In this document: in pieces, positions 19,382 to 28,767 of the stretch
Position numbering within the stretch: position 1 is the first letter of the stretch
How the letters are laid out: each line of letters starts with the position of its first letter
Origin: Escherichia phage vB_EcoS_ULIM2
Strand: one strand, 5' to 3'
Length of the DNA stretch: 51,534 bases
Sequence record: OQ850291
The notes under the pieces: generated by a model
Told to the model about the DNA's origin: nothing
Seen by the model: only the letters and a program-made list of their open reading frames with translations
Databases searched by the model: none
Position numbers and translations under genes: made by a program

Positions 19382-21400
19382 GTGACAATGAACATTAAAA
19401 AACAGATCGCATTACTTGGCGAGGACTACATAAAGCGAACTCAGGAGCGATTCACTGTCGGTGAGGTTGTTCCGTATCCGTATCAGGTTGTTGCTTACGC
19501 TGAGATCGCAAAACGCCTATCAAATTACGAGCATCCATTCTTTGTTAAAGCGTCAGTGTCTGCGGGTAAGACCATCATTTTTGCTATGGTTGCAAAGCAG
19601 TGTCAAAAAATGGGATTGAAAATGCTTGTGCTGGCACGTCAGGGTGAGATTGTCGATCAGGATAGCGAAGAGATCGACAACTTCGGGGTAACTAACTCCA
19701 TCTTCTCGGCGTCACTTGGAATAAAATCTTGCTACTTCCCGATCGTTGTCGGCTCTGAGGGTACTGTTGCAAATGGCTTAAACAATGAGTTGGCTGATTT
19801 TGTCCCGCACGTAATCGGAATCGATGAATGTCATCAGGTAGATTGGGAAGACCTTGCGCAAGCCATCGAAGGCAAGGAAACGATGGAACAGATGAGGGGC
19901 GAGAAAGGGAAAATTATCATGGACGGGGAGATTCCTCTGATTGGTAATGATGGAAAGCCTCTTCTTGGAACAAAGCGAAGCCAGTACACGATCGTAATCA
20001 TGGAGATGATGCGTCGATGTAAAGAGGTTCACGGGCATGACCTCAGAATATTTGGAATGACGGGATCTGAATTTAGGGGAGTTGTTCCAATCCTGGTTGA
20101 AAATCCAAAAGCATTGGGATTCTGGCGTGAGCGCGTAACTGATATCGACACAAACTATCTGATTGAGTTCGGCTCTGTTGTGCCGACGATATTCGGTTCA
20201 ACTGACGGCGTACACTACGATCTGGATAAGTTCAAGGCATCAAGCGAGGACGGCGTACAGGACTTTACAGAGAAAGATATGAAGGCAATGGAAGATGAGA
20301 TCCTTCATGATAAATCTCTTACTCAGCGAATCATGCAAATGGTCGCCAAAAAGGCTGAAGAACGTAACGCGGTTCTGATTACATGCGCTGGGGTGCGTCA
20401 CTGTAAAGAGGCGGCGGCGGCACTACCTCCAGGAAGCACCTATGCAATAATCACTGGCGACACAGACAACAAATCGCGCAAGAAGATTCTTGACGATGTA
20501 AGGGCCGGAAAAATTAAATACACCTTTCAGGTAATGGCGCTCACTACTGGTGTTAACGTTCCAAATTGGGATTTCAGTGTCATACTCCGCAAAATAGGGT
20601 CGCTCACACTGTTGATTCAACTTTTGGGTAGGGGTATGCGTCTGCTTAAATCCTGGCAGGTTGCTGAGGGAATGGTTAAGCAGGACCATCTTGTATGGGA
20701 TTTTGCAGGTACGATGGATGAGCTGGGTCAGCTTTATTTCGATCCGATACTTGAGCAGGCGCAATTCCAGAAGCGTTTTGAAAACGGCAAAGATCCGAAA
20801 ACATGTCCGAAATGCGGTTGCGTAAATAGCTTCTATGCTCGACGATGCGTTAATGTCATTGATGGTGAGCGTTGCGATCACTTCTGGACTTCTCAGATTT
20901 GCGAGGACCAGGTTGATGAGCGTACAGGAAAAATCCTTGTTAAAGGGTGTGGTGCAGAGAATGATGTTGTGGCACGAGTCTGTCGTTGCTGTGATGTTTC
21001 TCTTGTCGATCCTAACCTGAAGTTATCCGGTAAGGCGTACACTAAGAATGACTGGTATGAAGTAAAGAATTTTGAAGTTACTCTAACGAAGAACCAGAAA
21101 GGCATAATATACAAATACACGCTGATTAACGACGAAGGTGATGAGTTTAAGGCGTATGAAAAATTCTTCCCTGAGTCCGACTCTAAGATTTGCGGTACAC
21201 TATGGAAAACGAAAGGCGTACTTCCTCATGTGTCAGATCCTAAAATGCGTCGCTACTTTATCGGAATGAAGAATGCCATCAAGATCGTGCAGTACGCACA
21301 TCATATTGCTCACCCGGTGCGCGTAACTCATCGTCGCAACCAGAAGAAAGAGGATATTATCTCACGCAAAGATTTCGGCATGGAGGATATACCGCAATGA
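19382..21400 (+). CDS. SF2 (DEAH-type) DNA helicase with C-terminal Cys-rich zinc-binding region (672 aa)
   Basis: Motif I SVSAGKT, motif II GIDECH, motif III TGS, motif VI QLLGRGMR; several CxxC pairs near the C-terminus. Confidence 0.7.
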   Translation: MTMNIKKQIALLGEDYIKRTQERFTVGEVVPYPYQVVAYAEIAKRLSNYEHPFFVKASVSAGKTIIFAMVAKQCQKMGLKMLVLARQGEIVDQDSEEIDNFGVTNSIFSASLGIKSCYFPIVVGSEGTVANGLNNELADFVPHVIGIDECHQVDWEDLAQAIEGKETMEQMRGEKGKIIMDGEIPLIGNDGKPLLGTKRSQYTIVIMEMMRRCKEVHGHDLRIFGMTGSEFRGVVPILVENPKALGFWRERVTDIDTNYLIEFGSVVPTIFGSTDGVHYDLDKFKASSEDGVQDFTEKDMKAMEDEILHDKSLTQRIMQMVAKKAEERNAVLITCAGVRHCKEAAAALPPGSTYAIITGDTDNKSRKKILDDVRAGKIKYTFQVMALTTGVNVPNWDFSVILRKIGSLTLLIQLLGRGMRLLKSWQVAEGMVKQDHLVWDFAGTMDELGQLYFDPILEQAQFQKRFENGKDPKTCPKCGCVNSFYARRCVNVIDGERCDHFWTSQICEDQVDERTGKILVKGCGAENDVVARVCRCCDVSLVDPNLKLSGKAYTKNDWYEVKNFEVTLTKNQKGIIYKYTLINDEGDEFKAYEKFFPESDSKICGTLWKTKGVLPHVSDPKMRRYFIGMKNAIKIVQYAHHIAHPVRVTHRRNQKKEDIISRKDFGMEDIPQ

Positions 21401-21813
21401 TTACAGACAAAGGTGATTATTTAGAGTTTTACGAACGAGATCCTAGCGATACGAGAAAGGAGGATGCTCATCAAGTTGATTGTGTGTCTTGGCTGAAATA
21501 CAATTTCCCTCACCTTCTATTTTGGCACACAGTTAATGAAGGTGAAAAAACAATCACGTCGGCGCTCAGGGATGAGCAGGCCGGATTACTTAAAGGCGTG
21601 TCAGACTTCGTTATCCTGATTGGCGTCAACTCACGATACCCGTTTGCAGCAATCGAACTCAAGCGGGTTAATAAGTCAGGCAAAGGAAAGGCGTCACCAG
21701 TCAGCGACAAGCAAAGGGAATTTCTCCGAAAGGTCCGGGAGCGTGGCGGCTTCTCTGCCGTCGCATACGGATTCGAGCAATTCAAGATCGCAATTTACGA
21801 AATTATGAAATAG
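21397..21813 (+). CDS. VRR-NUC-like nuclease domain protein (138 aa)
   Basis: SDFVILIG ... AIELKR resembles the D..E.K core of VRR-NUC/PD-(D/E)XK domains; follows the helicase gene. Confidence 0.5.
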   Translation: MITDKGDYLEFYERDPSDTRKEDAHQVDCVSWLKYNFPHLLFWHTVNEGEKTITSALRDEQAGLLKGVSDFVILIGVNSRYPFAAIELKRVNKSGKGKASPVSDKQREFLRKVRERGGFSAVAYGFEQFKIAIYEIMK

Positions 21814-21853
21814 CACTTTTTGTTAAAACTGCCGGAATGGAATCTGGCATTAT
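21811..21853 (+). promoter_or_regulatory. Box-type promoter for the methyltransferase gene
   Basis: TAGCAC (21811-21816), TTGTTA (21820-21825), 22 bp, CATTAT (21848-21853). Confidence 0.45.
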
Positions 21854-21880
21854 TATTTCACCAAAACGAGAGGAATAAAA

Positions 21881-22594
21881 ATGAAAGACTTTAATGATAT
21901 CGAAACTGTCGACTTTGCAGAAACAGGTTGCTCATTCACTCGCGAAGCAATAGCGTCAGGCGGTTATTATCAAGCATTGAAAACGCCAACCTGCAAAGAG
22001 ATTTCAGGCCGTCGATACAAGGGAACCAATACACCTGACGCCGTTCGTGATTTATGGTCAACTCCACGCGAGGTTATTGCATACCTTGAGGGGCGTTATG
22101 GGAAATATGATCTCGACGCTGCTGCAAGCGAGGAAAATAAAGTTTGCGAGAAGTTTTACTCCCAGGAAACAAACTGCTTAAAGCGTTGGTGGGGAAAGAA
22201 TAAGCACGTTTGGTTAAATCCTCCTTATAGCCGACCTGATATATTCGTCAAGAAGGCCATTGAGCAAATGGAGCACAACAATCAGATCGATATGCTTTTA
22301 CCCGCAGATAACTCTACGGCGTGGTTTACTGAGGCGCGACAGAACGCAGCTGAAATCATCTGGATTGAAGCGGACTTGACTGAAGATATCGACGGGAATG
22401 AATACGCACGATCCGGTCGCCTGTCTTTCATATCCGGTGAAACTGGAAAGGCCGTAGATGGTAATAACAAAGGTTCGGTAATTTTTATCATGCGCGAACT
22501 TAAAGAGGGTGAGGTACAGCAAACTCACTATATCCCAATCACAAGCATTTGCCCTTCGGTTAAAAACAAACGAGCAAAGGTAAGGAAAGTATGA
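21881..22594 (+). CDS. dam: DNA N6-adenine methyltransferase (Dam-like, 237 aa)
   Basis: WLNPPY catalytic motif IV (NPPY) typical of phage N6-adenine methyltransferases. Confidence 0.7.
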   Translation: MKDFNDIETVDFAETGCSFTREAIASGGYYQALKTPTCKEISGRRYKGTNTPDAVRDLWSTPREVIAYLEGRYGKYDLDAAASEENKVCEKFYSQETNCLKRWWGKNKHVWLNPPYSRPDIFVKKAIEQMEHNNQIDMLLPADNSTAWFTEARQNAAEIIWIEADLTEDIDGNEYARSGRLSFISGETGKAVDGNNKGSVIFIMRELKEGEVQQTHYIPITSICPSVKNKRAKVRKV

Positions 22595-22842
22595 TGAGCG
22601 AAAAAATGGTTCCTGTTAAATTAACTGAGCAAGGTTTATGGCTTCTTTATCGCGCTACGTGCTGCGAAATTATGGAGCAAAACGGATTGACTCAGGATGT
22701 TATTGGTTGCGATCTGTGGGAGTTCACTATTTCTCTTGATATGTCTTTCGATGAGATAAAAAATGAATATATCGAGCGTTGGCCTTCAATTATCCAGAAA
22801 GACGTAGAGGAACTTAAAGCAGATACGATCGTACAGCACTAA
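22591..22842 (+). CDS. Hypothetical protein (83 aa)
   Basis: ATGA overlap with the methyltransferase stop; AAGGAAAG RBS. Confidence 0.5.
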   Translation: MMSEKMVPVKLTEQGLWLLYRATCCEIMEQNGLTQDVIGCDLWEFTISLDMSFDEIKNEYIERWPSIIQKDVEELKADTIVQH

Positions 22843-22876
22843 TTGCTAAAAATACCCGGCGAAAGTCGGGTATAGT
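22835..22876 (+). promoter_or_regulatory. Box-type promoter
   Basis: CAGCAC-N3-TTGCTA (22835-22848), 22 bp, TATAGT (22871-22876), leader CATCGAAACGAAATGAGGAA. Confidence 0.5.
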
Positions 22877-22908
22877 TATTTCATCGAAACGAAATGAGGA
22901 ATCAGAAG

Positions 22909-23118
22909 ATGGCACGCATTAACGCAAACTTTTTCAATATCGCTCAACAGTCCGCAAAAATGGCTGTTCACATTACGAACAAGCAAGGCGGCAACTTCGA
23001 TTGGGATATTGCTATGAACTTCCTTAAAATGTCTTATTACCGTTGCTCAGTTGAAGAAGTCGAAGGATTCATCTCTGACGTGGAGAAATTAACTAATGCT
23101 GATAAAAAAGCAAGGTAA
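22909..23118 (+). CDS. Hypothetical protein (69 aa)
   Basis: ATG at 22909 follows the conserved leader and GAGGAA RBS; the track ORF starts upstream in the leader. Confidence 0.5.
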   Translation: MARINANFFNIAQQSAKMAVHITNKQGGNFDWDIAMNFLKMSYYRCSVEEVEGFISDVEKLTNADKKAR

Positions 23119-23368
23119 GCGCGAAGTGTGGGAGCACGCAAAGGAATGCGGCATCTCAGACGATATAGCATTAATTGCTAAATACTTTGATATAAAGGAT
23201 GTTAGCATTATCTCAAACGGCAAGATTTCATTTATGGAAGATATGCCGAGAAAAATGCATAGAGTTCCAGCAACTCCATCACTTGAGTTTTACCGCGAAG
23301 AGGGAAAGAGAATTGAGAGAGAAAGAAAATCCACAAAAAACGGAAAGTCTTCCAGGCTTAAATATTAA
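23096..23368 (+). CDS. Hypothetical protein (90 aa), overlapping the next ORF
   Basis: ORF-track ORF; N-terminal half looks protein-like, C-terminal half is purine-rich low complexity. Confidence 0.3.
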   Translation: MLIKKQGKREVWEHAKECGISDDIALIAKYFDIKDVSIISNGKISFMEDMPRKMHRVPATPSLEFYREEGKRIERERKSTKNGKSSRLKY

Positions 23369-23600
23369 TGCGGACGACTACCAGACGATCTGGATTGGGA
23401 AAAAACAGGTTAAGCAAATCCCTTTCTCTGACTGGTTGCCACCTGACTTTGTTAATGTGCTTTGCACTATCGGTATTGAGCAGGAGTTGCATATAGGTTA
23501 CTACTCACCAGGCCGAAACAGTATGATGCTTGAGGTTGACGGAAAACTTGTTGAGCTTAAATCTTCGGATCTAGGATTCTGGTTAAAGGCTGTGGCATGA
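23199..23600 (+). CDS. Hypothetical protein (133 aa), overlapping the previous ORF in another frame
   Basis: ORF-track ORF; C-terminal half looks protein-like; true start unresolved. Confidence 0.35.
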   Translation: MLALSQTARFHLWKICREKCIEFQQLHHLSFTAKRERELREKENPQKTESLPGLNINADDYQTIWIGKKQVKQIPFSDWLPPDFVNVLCTIGIEQELHIGYYSPGRNSMMLEVDGKLVELKSSDLGFWLKAVA

Positions 23601-23678
23601 AACTTTATTTTGCTGTAGTATTAACACCGCTAATTTCATTTTCAGTAATGTATTTCATTATCATTTAAGGATTAAAAT

Positions 23679-24830
23679 ATGTCACAAGCTAAAATCACTA
23701 CCGAGCAACTCGTCGAAGAGCGCATGAACGGCCTTACACTTCGAGAGATCGCGGAAAAGTACGGTATGCACATTCGCACTGTCGAGGCGCGTCACGCAAA
23801 ACTTGCAAAAGAAGGCCACTTCCACGGTAACGAGCATGTTGCTAAAAACGTGCCGGAAGGATTCATGGTAAAAGGTACATCAACGATGATTCGCGGAGAT
23901 GGGACCGAGGTAGTTCGCTGGGTTAAGACCGATCAGGACCGTGAGAAGATTGCGGCAATGATGGAAGCGGCGCGTATTGCATTCTGTGAAGACCTGCCTC
24001 GAGCAAAACCAACTGAGCTACTAACATCGCAAGGACTTACGACAGCGATGGGTAAGCTGGCGCTCTATCCGGTATTCGATCTCCATATTGGCGCGCTTGC
24101 TCATAAGCATGAGTGCGGAGAGAACTACTCTACCGACGTAGCGGAAAAAGTGCTTGGCGACTTCTTCAATTATGCGATCGATATTGCGCCGAACGCAGAG
24201 AAGGCTGTTCTGTTAATCGGCGGCGACTTCCTTCACTCTGACGGCCTTGACGCTGTTACCCCGGCAAGTGGTCACGTTCTAGATCAGGATTCACGATATG
24301 CGAAATTAGTGCATGTTGCGATTCGTTCGGTACGCCGAGCCATCGACAAAATGCTTATGAAACACAAAGAAGTCGAGGTTCAGGTTATCGAAGGGAACCA
24401 CGATCAGTCTGGGATGATTTGGCTGCGCGCTGCAATGTCGGCATATTATGAAGACGAGCCGCGAGTATTCGTTGACGTTAGTCCTATGATTCTGCATAAG
24501 ACTCGTTGGGGAAATACCTTGTTGGGATACACTCACGGTCACACTATGAAAAAGGCAGACACGCGACTTGCGGCAATGGCGGCAGATTTCCGATCAGACT
24601 TCGGTGAGAGCAAGTATGTGTATACTCATAGCGGTCACTGGCATCACCAGACAATCACTGAGCACTCACTCGGTATTGATGAGGTTCACGGCCAGTTAGG
24701 CGCGAAAGATGCATACGCAGCACGCGGAGGGTGGCGCTCATATCGCCAGGCGGCTGTAATTGTTTACGATAAGCAGTTTGGGGAAATCGGTCGTTTCATC
24801 TATCGTCCAGAAATGACAGGATCGCACTAA
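23679..24830 (+). CDS. Calcineurin-like metallophosphoesterase (383 aa)
   Basis: Phosphoesterase motifs in order: DLH, GDFLHSDG, GNHD, GHT, GHWHH. Confidence 0.6.
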   Translation: MSQAKITTEQLVEERMNGLTLREIAEKYGMHIRTVEARHAKLAKEGHFHGNEHVAKNVPEGFMVKGTSTMIRGDGTEVVRWVKTDQDREKIAAMMEAARIAFCEDLPRAKPTELLTSQGLTTAMGKLALYPVFDLHIGALAHKHECGENYSTDVAEKVLGDFFNYAIDIAPNAEKAVLLIGGDFLHSDGLDAVTPASGHVLDQDSRYAKLVHVAIRSVRRAIDKMLMKHKEVEVQVIEGNHDQSGMIWLRAAMSAYYEDEPRVFVDVSPMILHKTRWGNTLLGYTHGHTMKKADTRLAAMAADFRSDFGESKYVYTHSGHWHHQTITEHSLGIDEVHGQLGAKDAYAARGGWRSYRQAAVIVYDKQFGEIGRFIYRPEMTGSH

Positions 24831-24864
24831 TTGATAAAAACGCCCGAATGGATTCGGGCATAGT
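24823..24864 (+). promoter_or_regulatory. Box-type promoter
   Basis: TCGCAC-N3-TTGATA (24823-24836), 22 bp, CATAGT (24859-24864) within inverted repeat CGCCCGAATGG/GATTCGGGC; leader CATCGAAAACGAAGAGG. Confidence 0.45.
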
Positions 24865-24893
24865 AACCACATCGAAAACGAAGAGGCTATATC

Positions 24894-24995
24894 ATGAAGC
24901 TAGTTAAGTGCATCCGAAATGACTCCCAAACACTTCCATTCCGCGTAAATCAGATCTATAGTGTTGGTTATGATTTCGGTGGGGGATTATTTTAG
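24894..24995 (+). CDS. Small ORF (33 aa), not in the ORF track
   Basis: ATG 7 nt after GAGG in the conserved leader; followed by a terminator at 25093. Confidence 0.3.
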   Translation: MKLVKCIRNDSQTLPFRVNQIYSVGYDFGGGLF

Positions 24996-25092
24996 ATTTA
25001 CGACGGTCGAGGTTCAGCAATCCAGGCTCCTCTGAACGGTAGCTATCTGGAATTTATTGAGATAGATTAATAATATCATTCATCACCTTACA

Positions 25093-25122
25093 GGCTGGCA
25101 TGATTTACATGCTGGCCTTTTT
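25093..25122 (+). terminator. Rho-independent terminator before the lysis cassette
   Basis: 10-bp stem (GGCTGGCATG/CATGCTGGCC with two G-U pairs) followed by TTTTT. Confidence 0.6.
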
Positions 25123-25188
25123 GCGTTGTATCAAGTAAATTTGAAGGTTAAAATCGACTCACTTGTTCAAAAAATATATGGTGAGATT

Positions 25189-25404
25189 ATGAAAGAATTT
25201 TTAACAGCAGCTACGTCAAGCACTGGCGGTGCTTCGTTGGTAGGGGCGGCGACAGGGCAACTTTATATTGCTGGCGCTACATTCATTTGCTTTTTGCTTT
25301 TTGGCGCCTGGGGCGCATACTGGAAGTATCGTGATAGTAAGGCAATTCAGGAAGCGTTAAACGATGGCGATCTAAATAAGGCACTTAAGATCAGGGGGAG
25401 ATAA
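25189..25404 (+). CDS. Holin, pinholin-like (71 aa)
   Basis: Small membrane protein with a Gly/Ala-rich first hydrophobic segment and a second TMD ([15 protein letters not shown]); directly upstream of the endolysin; ATG at 25189 with GGTGAG RBS. Confidence 0.55.
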   Translation: MKEFLTAATSSTGGASLVGAATGQLYIAGATFICFLLFGAWGAYWKYRDSKAIQEALNDGDLNKALKIRGR

Positions 25405-25892
25405 TGAGTTTAAAAAATAACGTTATAGGCGCATCAATCGGGGCCGCTTTGACGTTGACACCTACCCTACTTGAACGAATCGAAGGTATAGAATACGAGG
25501 TGTATTACGATATCGCCGGAGTCCCTACCGTATGCAGCGGAATAACCGGGCCTGACGTCATACCTGGTAAGAAATACACTAAGCGAGAATGCGATGCATT
25601 GTTGATAAAACATATCGGCGTCGCTCAGCGATACGTAGACAAAAAGGTGAAGGTTGATATCCCGGTAACTATGCGCGCATCACTGTACAGCTTCACTTTC
25701 AACGTTGGTACTGGCGCGTTCGGATCTTCTACAATGCTTAAGCTAATAAATCAGAGTAAGCACAGGGAAGCGTGCAATCAGTTATGGCGATGGGTATACT
25801 ACTACAATCCAAAAACCAAAAAGCGCGAAGTGTCTAGAGGACTCAAGAACAGACGCGCTGAAGAATACGCGTATTGCGTTAAGGAATTATGA
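25404..25892 (+). CDS. Endolysin, T4-type lysozyme (GH24) with possible N-terminal SAR segment (162 aa)
   Basis: Catalytic E-x8-D-x5-T spacing in [19 protein letters not shown]; N-terminal [17 protein letters not shown] is a weakly hydrophobic Gly/Ala-rich stretch. Confidence 0.75.
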   Translation: MSLKNNVIGASIGAALTLTPTLLERIEGIEYEVYYDIAGVPTVCSGITGPDVIPGKKYTKRECDALLIKHIGVAQRYVDKKVKVDIPVTMRASLYSFTFNVGTGAFGSSTMLKLINQSKHREACNQLWRWVYYYNPKTKKREVSRGLKNRRAEEYAYCVKEL

Positions 25893-26293
25893 TGAAACTT
25901 AAGAAAACGTGCATTGCAATTACGGTTGCTGTTGGTGTGATTTCTCTATCCGGTTGCTCGACGGCATCTGCTCTGAGTGGTTTACTTTCTGACTCCCCGG
26001 ATGTTACGGCGCAGGTTGGCGCTGAGAACACAAAACAACTAGCAGGAGTCACAGCAAAGGCAGATGATAAGCGAGAAGTGAAGGTGAGTGATTCAAATAT
26101 TGGAAAGATTGACTCATCTGTCAAGAAGTCTGTGGAGGTATCAACCATTCAGGCCAATACGGTTAACGCTGAAAGCATCACAGTAACAAAACCGGAAAAC
26201 TGGTACGATGCAATTGTAGGATGGACTCTCGTTTTCATTGGCCTATTGCTGGTTTATTTTTCAATTCGTAAGGACGAAAAAAAGGAGGCGTAA
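25889..26293 (+). CDS. Unimolecular spanin candidate (134 aa)
   Basis: N-terminal lipoprotein signal with lipobox LSGC plus C-terminal TMD ([13 protein letters not shown]); last gene of the lysis cassette. Confidence 0.55.
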   Translation: MMKLKKTCIAITVAVGVISLSGCSTASALSGLLSDSPDVTAQVGAENTKQLAGVTAKADDKREVKVSDSNIGKIDSSVKKSVEVSTIQANTVNAESITVTKPENWYDAIVGWTLVFIGLLLVYFSIRKDEKKEA

Positions 26294-26307
26294 GCCTCCT
26301 TTCTTTT
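26284..26307. terminator. Bidirectional terminator between the lysis cassette and the minus-strand accessory block
   Basis: GGAGGC-gtaa-GCCTCC with A-run upstream and T-rich run downstream. Confidence 0.6.
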
Positions 26308-26521
26308 ATGCATCAGCCCACATGTAACTTTCGTTAGTGAGTTTTTCGTATTCGCGAACTTCAATTTCACAGGTGTCTCCGTACATCTCAGCTACCTTTT
26401 TCTCATTCGCTACCGCTGATTCCTCGGTCCATCCATCAGCCTTGCTGTAAAGGGTAGGAATCTCACTGCTAGTGCCGTTAGAGTGGTTGTAAACGCGAAC
26501 TACTAAAAATTTGTTAGCCAT
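26306..26521 (-). CDS. Hypothetical protein (71 aa)
   Basis: ATG at 26521 preceded by AAGGAAAG RBS and conserved leader; the track ORF (to 26647) runs through its own promoter. Confidence 0.5.
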   Translation of the reverse strand: MANKFLVVRVYNHSNGTSSEIPTLYSKADGWTEESAVANEKKVAEMYGDTCEIEVREYEKLTNESYMWADA

Positions 26522-26558
26522 GATGCTTTCCTTCATGTCGTTTCGTTTCGATGAAACA

Positions 26559-26601
26559 AATATACCCGATACGAGATCGGGTGTTTTAACAAAAAGTGCT
26601 A
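26559..26601 (-). promoter_or_regulatory. Box-type promoter (leftward)
   Basis: Minus strand TAGCAC-N4-TGTTA (26587-26601), 22 bp, TATATT (26559-26564) inside inverted repeat CCCGAT/ATCGGG. Confidence 0.5.
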
Positions 26602-26710
26602 TTTGTATCTTTTGACATGGAGAAGCAACTCCCCCTCCTGGTCGCAAAGATTATGCTCTCTGTCGCCGTTGGCCCTCATTGAAGTGAGCAGCAGACTCAA
26701 CAATCCTTGT

Positions 26711-27118
26711 TCAAATTCCTCTTTCGTAAGCTGGAGTCTTGCGCACAATTCGACGTTCCGATCTATCAATGTTTCTACGTTCGCCAAACAATTCTTCATC
26801 ACTCATTTCTCCAATGTGCATCATCTCCCACGTATACCGATTGTTGTAGCCATCAATACACATCAGCTTCATCATTACCGGGCGTTTGATCTTTCCCTTG
26901 CACCAGTAAAATCCATCCTTGCAATCAAGATACCCCTCAGTTACACAGCGTGAGCAAAACTCCTTAGATAGCGCACTTGTAAATTCACGGCGAGTCATCC
27001 CGGCGGCCTTAGCAAATCGCTCACTTTCCTTGTGGGCGTATATAAATTTCGCTATGTGCTGCCGAGTGTATTTGTCGTAACCTTCGCAGAACCGGAACAG
27101 ATCTAAAAGAAGAAGCAT
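26711..27118 (-). CDS. Hypothetical Cys-rich protein, possible zinc ribbon (135 aa)
   Basis: First ATG at 27118 just after the upstream stop; CSRC ... CKDGFYWC Cys pairs. Confidence 0.45.
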   Translation of the reverse strand: MLLLLDLFRFCEGYDKYTRQHIAKFIYAHKESERFAKAAGMTRREFTSALSKEFCSRCVTEGYLDCKDGFYWCKGKIKRPVMMKLMCIDGYNNRYTWEMMHIGEMSDEELFGERRNIDRSERRIVRKTPAYERGI

Positions 27119-27122
27119 ATTA

Positions 27123-28691
27123 TTAACCAATCAGTCGAGGATTGATGAAAACAATATCATCAATTCGGCAAGTGTAGTTCATCTCTTCGAGCGTTATAAG
27201 AAGGCTGTCGATTCTCTCAGCGACCTTCTGTTGCCCGTTGAACGGAGTAACGTTACGACACTTCGCTACAATGCTATGAATCGGTGCGCGGCCTTTGTTC
27301 TTCTTCGCGATCTCAGTGATAACATCAATCAGCTTACGAGATTCAGCCTCATCACCAGCATACCCGGCAGCGCTGGCAGACGACAGATAAGTCCTGGAAA
27401 GCTCATTGAAGATCATGATCGCTTCCTGCATTGTTTCAAGGTCAATCTCGCGATTTGCGCGGTTCGGTGATTCACCCTCCCAATTCTTGATCGTGTGAAG
27501 AACTGAAGCAATACGCAATGCGTGCTTATCGAACTTACCGAGATGACCGCGAAGCATTGAGTGAGAGTATTTCCCCCCAGCGGCGAAATCCGGTTCCATC
27601 GCCTGTCGTGCAAGGTTTAATTCACGCATAGCGTTACGGCTTACAGAGAGAACAACGTTATCCTCCTTCATGATGTTATGCACGAGTCTGTAATATTTGC
27701 TAACCAGTCCGCGATCGACTTCTTTATACAGTGCATCACCATTTTCATCACAAAGAATACGAGTACCTAAAAGCGGTTCCTCACGAACCAGAAGGAAGCG
27801 CTCAGATACACCGATACCGCGCTGGCCTGCGTCCATGATACCCTTGATTGTTTCATCCTGCGCAATGACGCAGATCGAACCGACCGGACACAGAGACAAG
27901 TTATTATCCTGGTTGGAACGCGCGACCTCCATATGGTTTTTATCCCAAGCCTTAAGGATAAGCTCACTGTTAGATTTCTTATCTGAGCCGCCATACGTAA
28001 GCCCGAGCAATGTATTGATTGCCGTTGCCTCGTCAGATATTACGGAAAAGTGACCTTGCACTGCCGCCACTTTCGCAAGACCTTCAGGTGTAGGATCTGA
28101 TACCGCGAAAACAATATCAGCCATCTTCTTGATCTTCTCTTCCAGTTTTTCTTTGTCCTCGTACAGAGCCGCCGTCGTGTTGCCTTTAGGATCGTTTTTT
28201 ATTTCCTTCTCGACCTGACGTAGCTGACTGGTTAAACGGATGCGTTCCTTTTTACGCTCTTCATTCAGTCGCTGAATCTCCGCACGCATAGGTGTAATCG
28301 CCGCTGAGTTAATCGCTGATTTACCTGTTGATGGTGGCTGACTGATTACCATGTAAAGCGCTGTCGGCTGTTCTTCTCCATGATATTGCACCCAAAACTT
28401 CCCGAGCATCGCGGCTGAGATGCAACCGATAAAATGAGCATACGCGGATGAAACCGGGAACTGGACTGATTCAGCTTTTGCTTTTGCATATTCGAATACC
28501 AGGTTATCGCCACCTAACGAAATCAGAGGGAACTTATCGTTTCCGCTGTTGATATCGATCGGATCTTGCCAAAAAGAAACTGAATCCCCATAACTGTTTT
28601 CACGAATTGCGATCGCCACCGGATTAACTCCAGTGCTATTTGCGATCTCAATAATCTGTTGGTAATTCAGTTTTGGCTTAATATTAAACAT
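27123..28691 (-). CDS. P-loop ATPase, possibly DUF3987-like replication-associated protein (522 aa)
   Basis: Walker A-like QPPSTGKSA and Walker B-like FSVISDEAT; ATG at 28691 with AAGGAG RBS. Family assignment is from memory. Confidence 0.45.
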   Translation of the reverse strand: MFNIKPKLNYQQIIEIANSTGVNPVAIAIRENSYGDSVSFWQDPIDINSGNDKFPLISLGGDNLVFEYAKAKAESVQFPVSSAYAHFIGCISAAMLGKFWVQYHGEEQPTALYMVISQPPSTGKSAINSAAITPMRAEIQRLNEERKKERIRLTSQLRQVEKEIKNDPKGNTTAALYEDKEKLEEKIKKMADIVFAVSDPTPEGLAKVAAVQGHFSVISDEATAINTLLGLTYGGSDKKSNSELILKAWDKNHMEVARSNQDNNLSLCPVGSICVIAQDETIKGIMDAGQRGIGVSERFLLVREEPLLGTRILCDENGDALYKEVDRGLVSKYYRLVHNIMKEDNVVLSVSRNAMRELNLARQAMEPDFAAGGKYSHSMLRGHLGKFDKHALRIASVLHTIKNWEGESPNRANREIDLETMQEAIMIFNELSRTYLSSASAAGYAGDEAESRKLIDVITEIAKKNKGRAPIHSIVAKCRNVTPFNGQQKVAERIDSLLITLEEMNYTCRIDDIVFINPRLIG

Positions 28692-28720
28692 CACAATAAA
28701 CTCCTTAGTTGACGGTGTGA

Positions 28721-28763
28721 ATGATACACCGCCAATGGTACACGCGTTTTGCAAAAAGTGCTA
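28721..28763 (-). promoter_or_regulatory. Box-type promoter (leftward) for the ATPase gene
   Basis: Minus strand TAGCAC-N3-TTGCAA (28749-28763), 22 bp, TATCAT (28721-28726). Confidence 0.45.
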
Positions 28764-28767
28764 TTGG

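Noticed and set aside
26306-26647. 5' extended versions of several ORF-track genes (26306..26647, 27123..28754, 32016..32900, 33443..34108, 36172..36741, 5640..6479)
   Set aside because: The extensions run through the gene's own promoter box, -10 or terminator and start at TTG/GTG without an RBS; an internal ATG with a good Shine-Dalgarno lies just downstream in each case.
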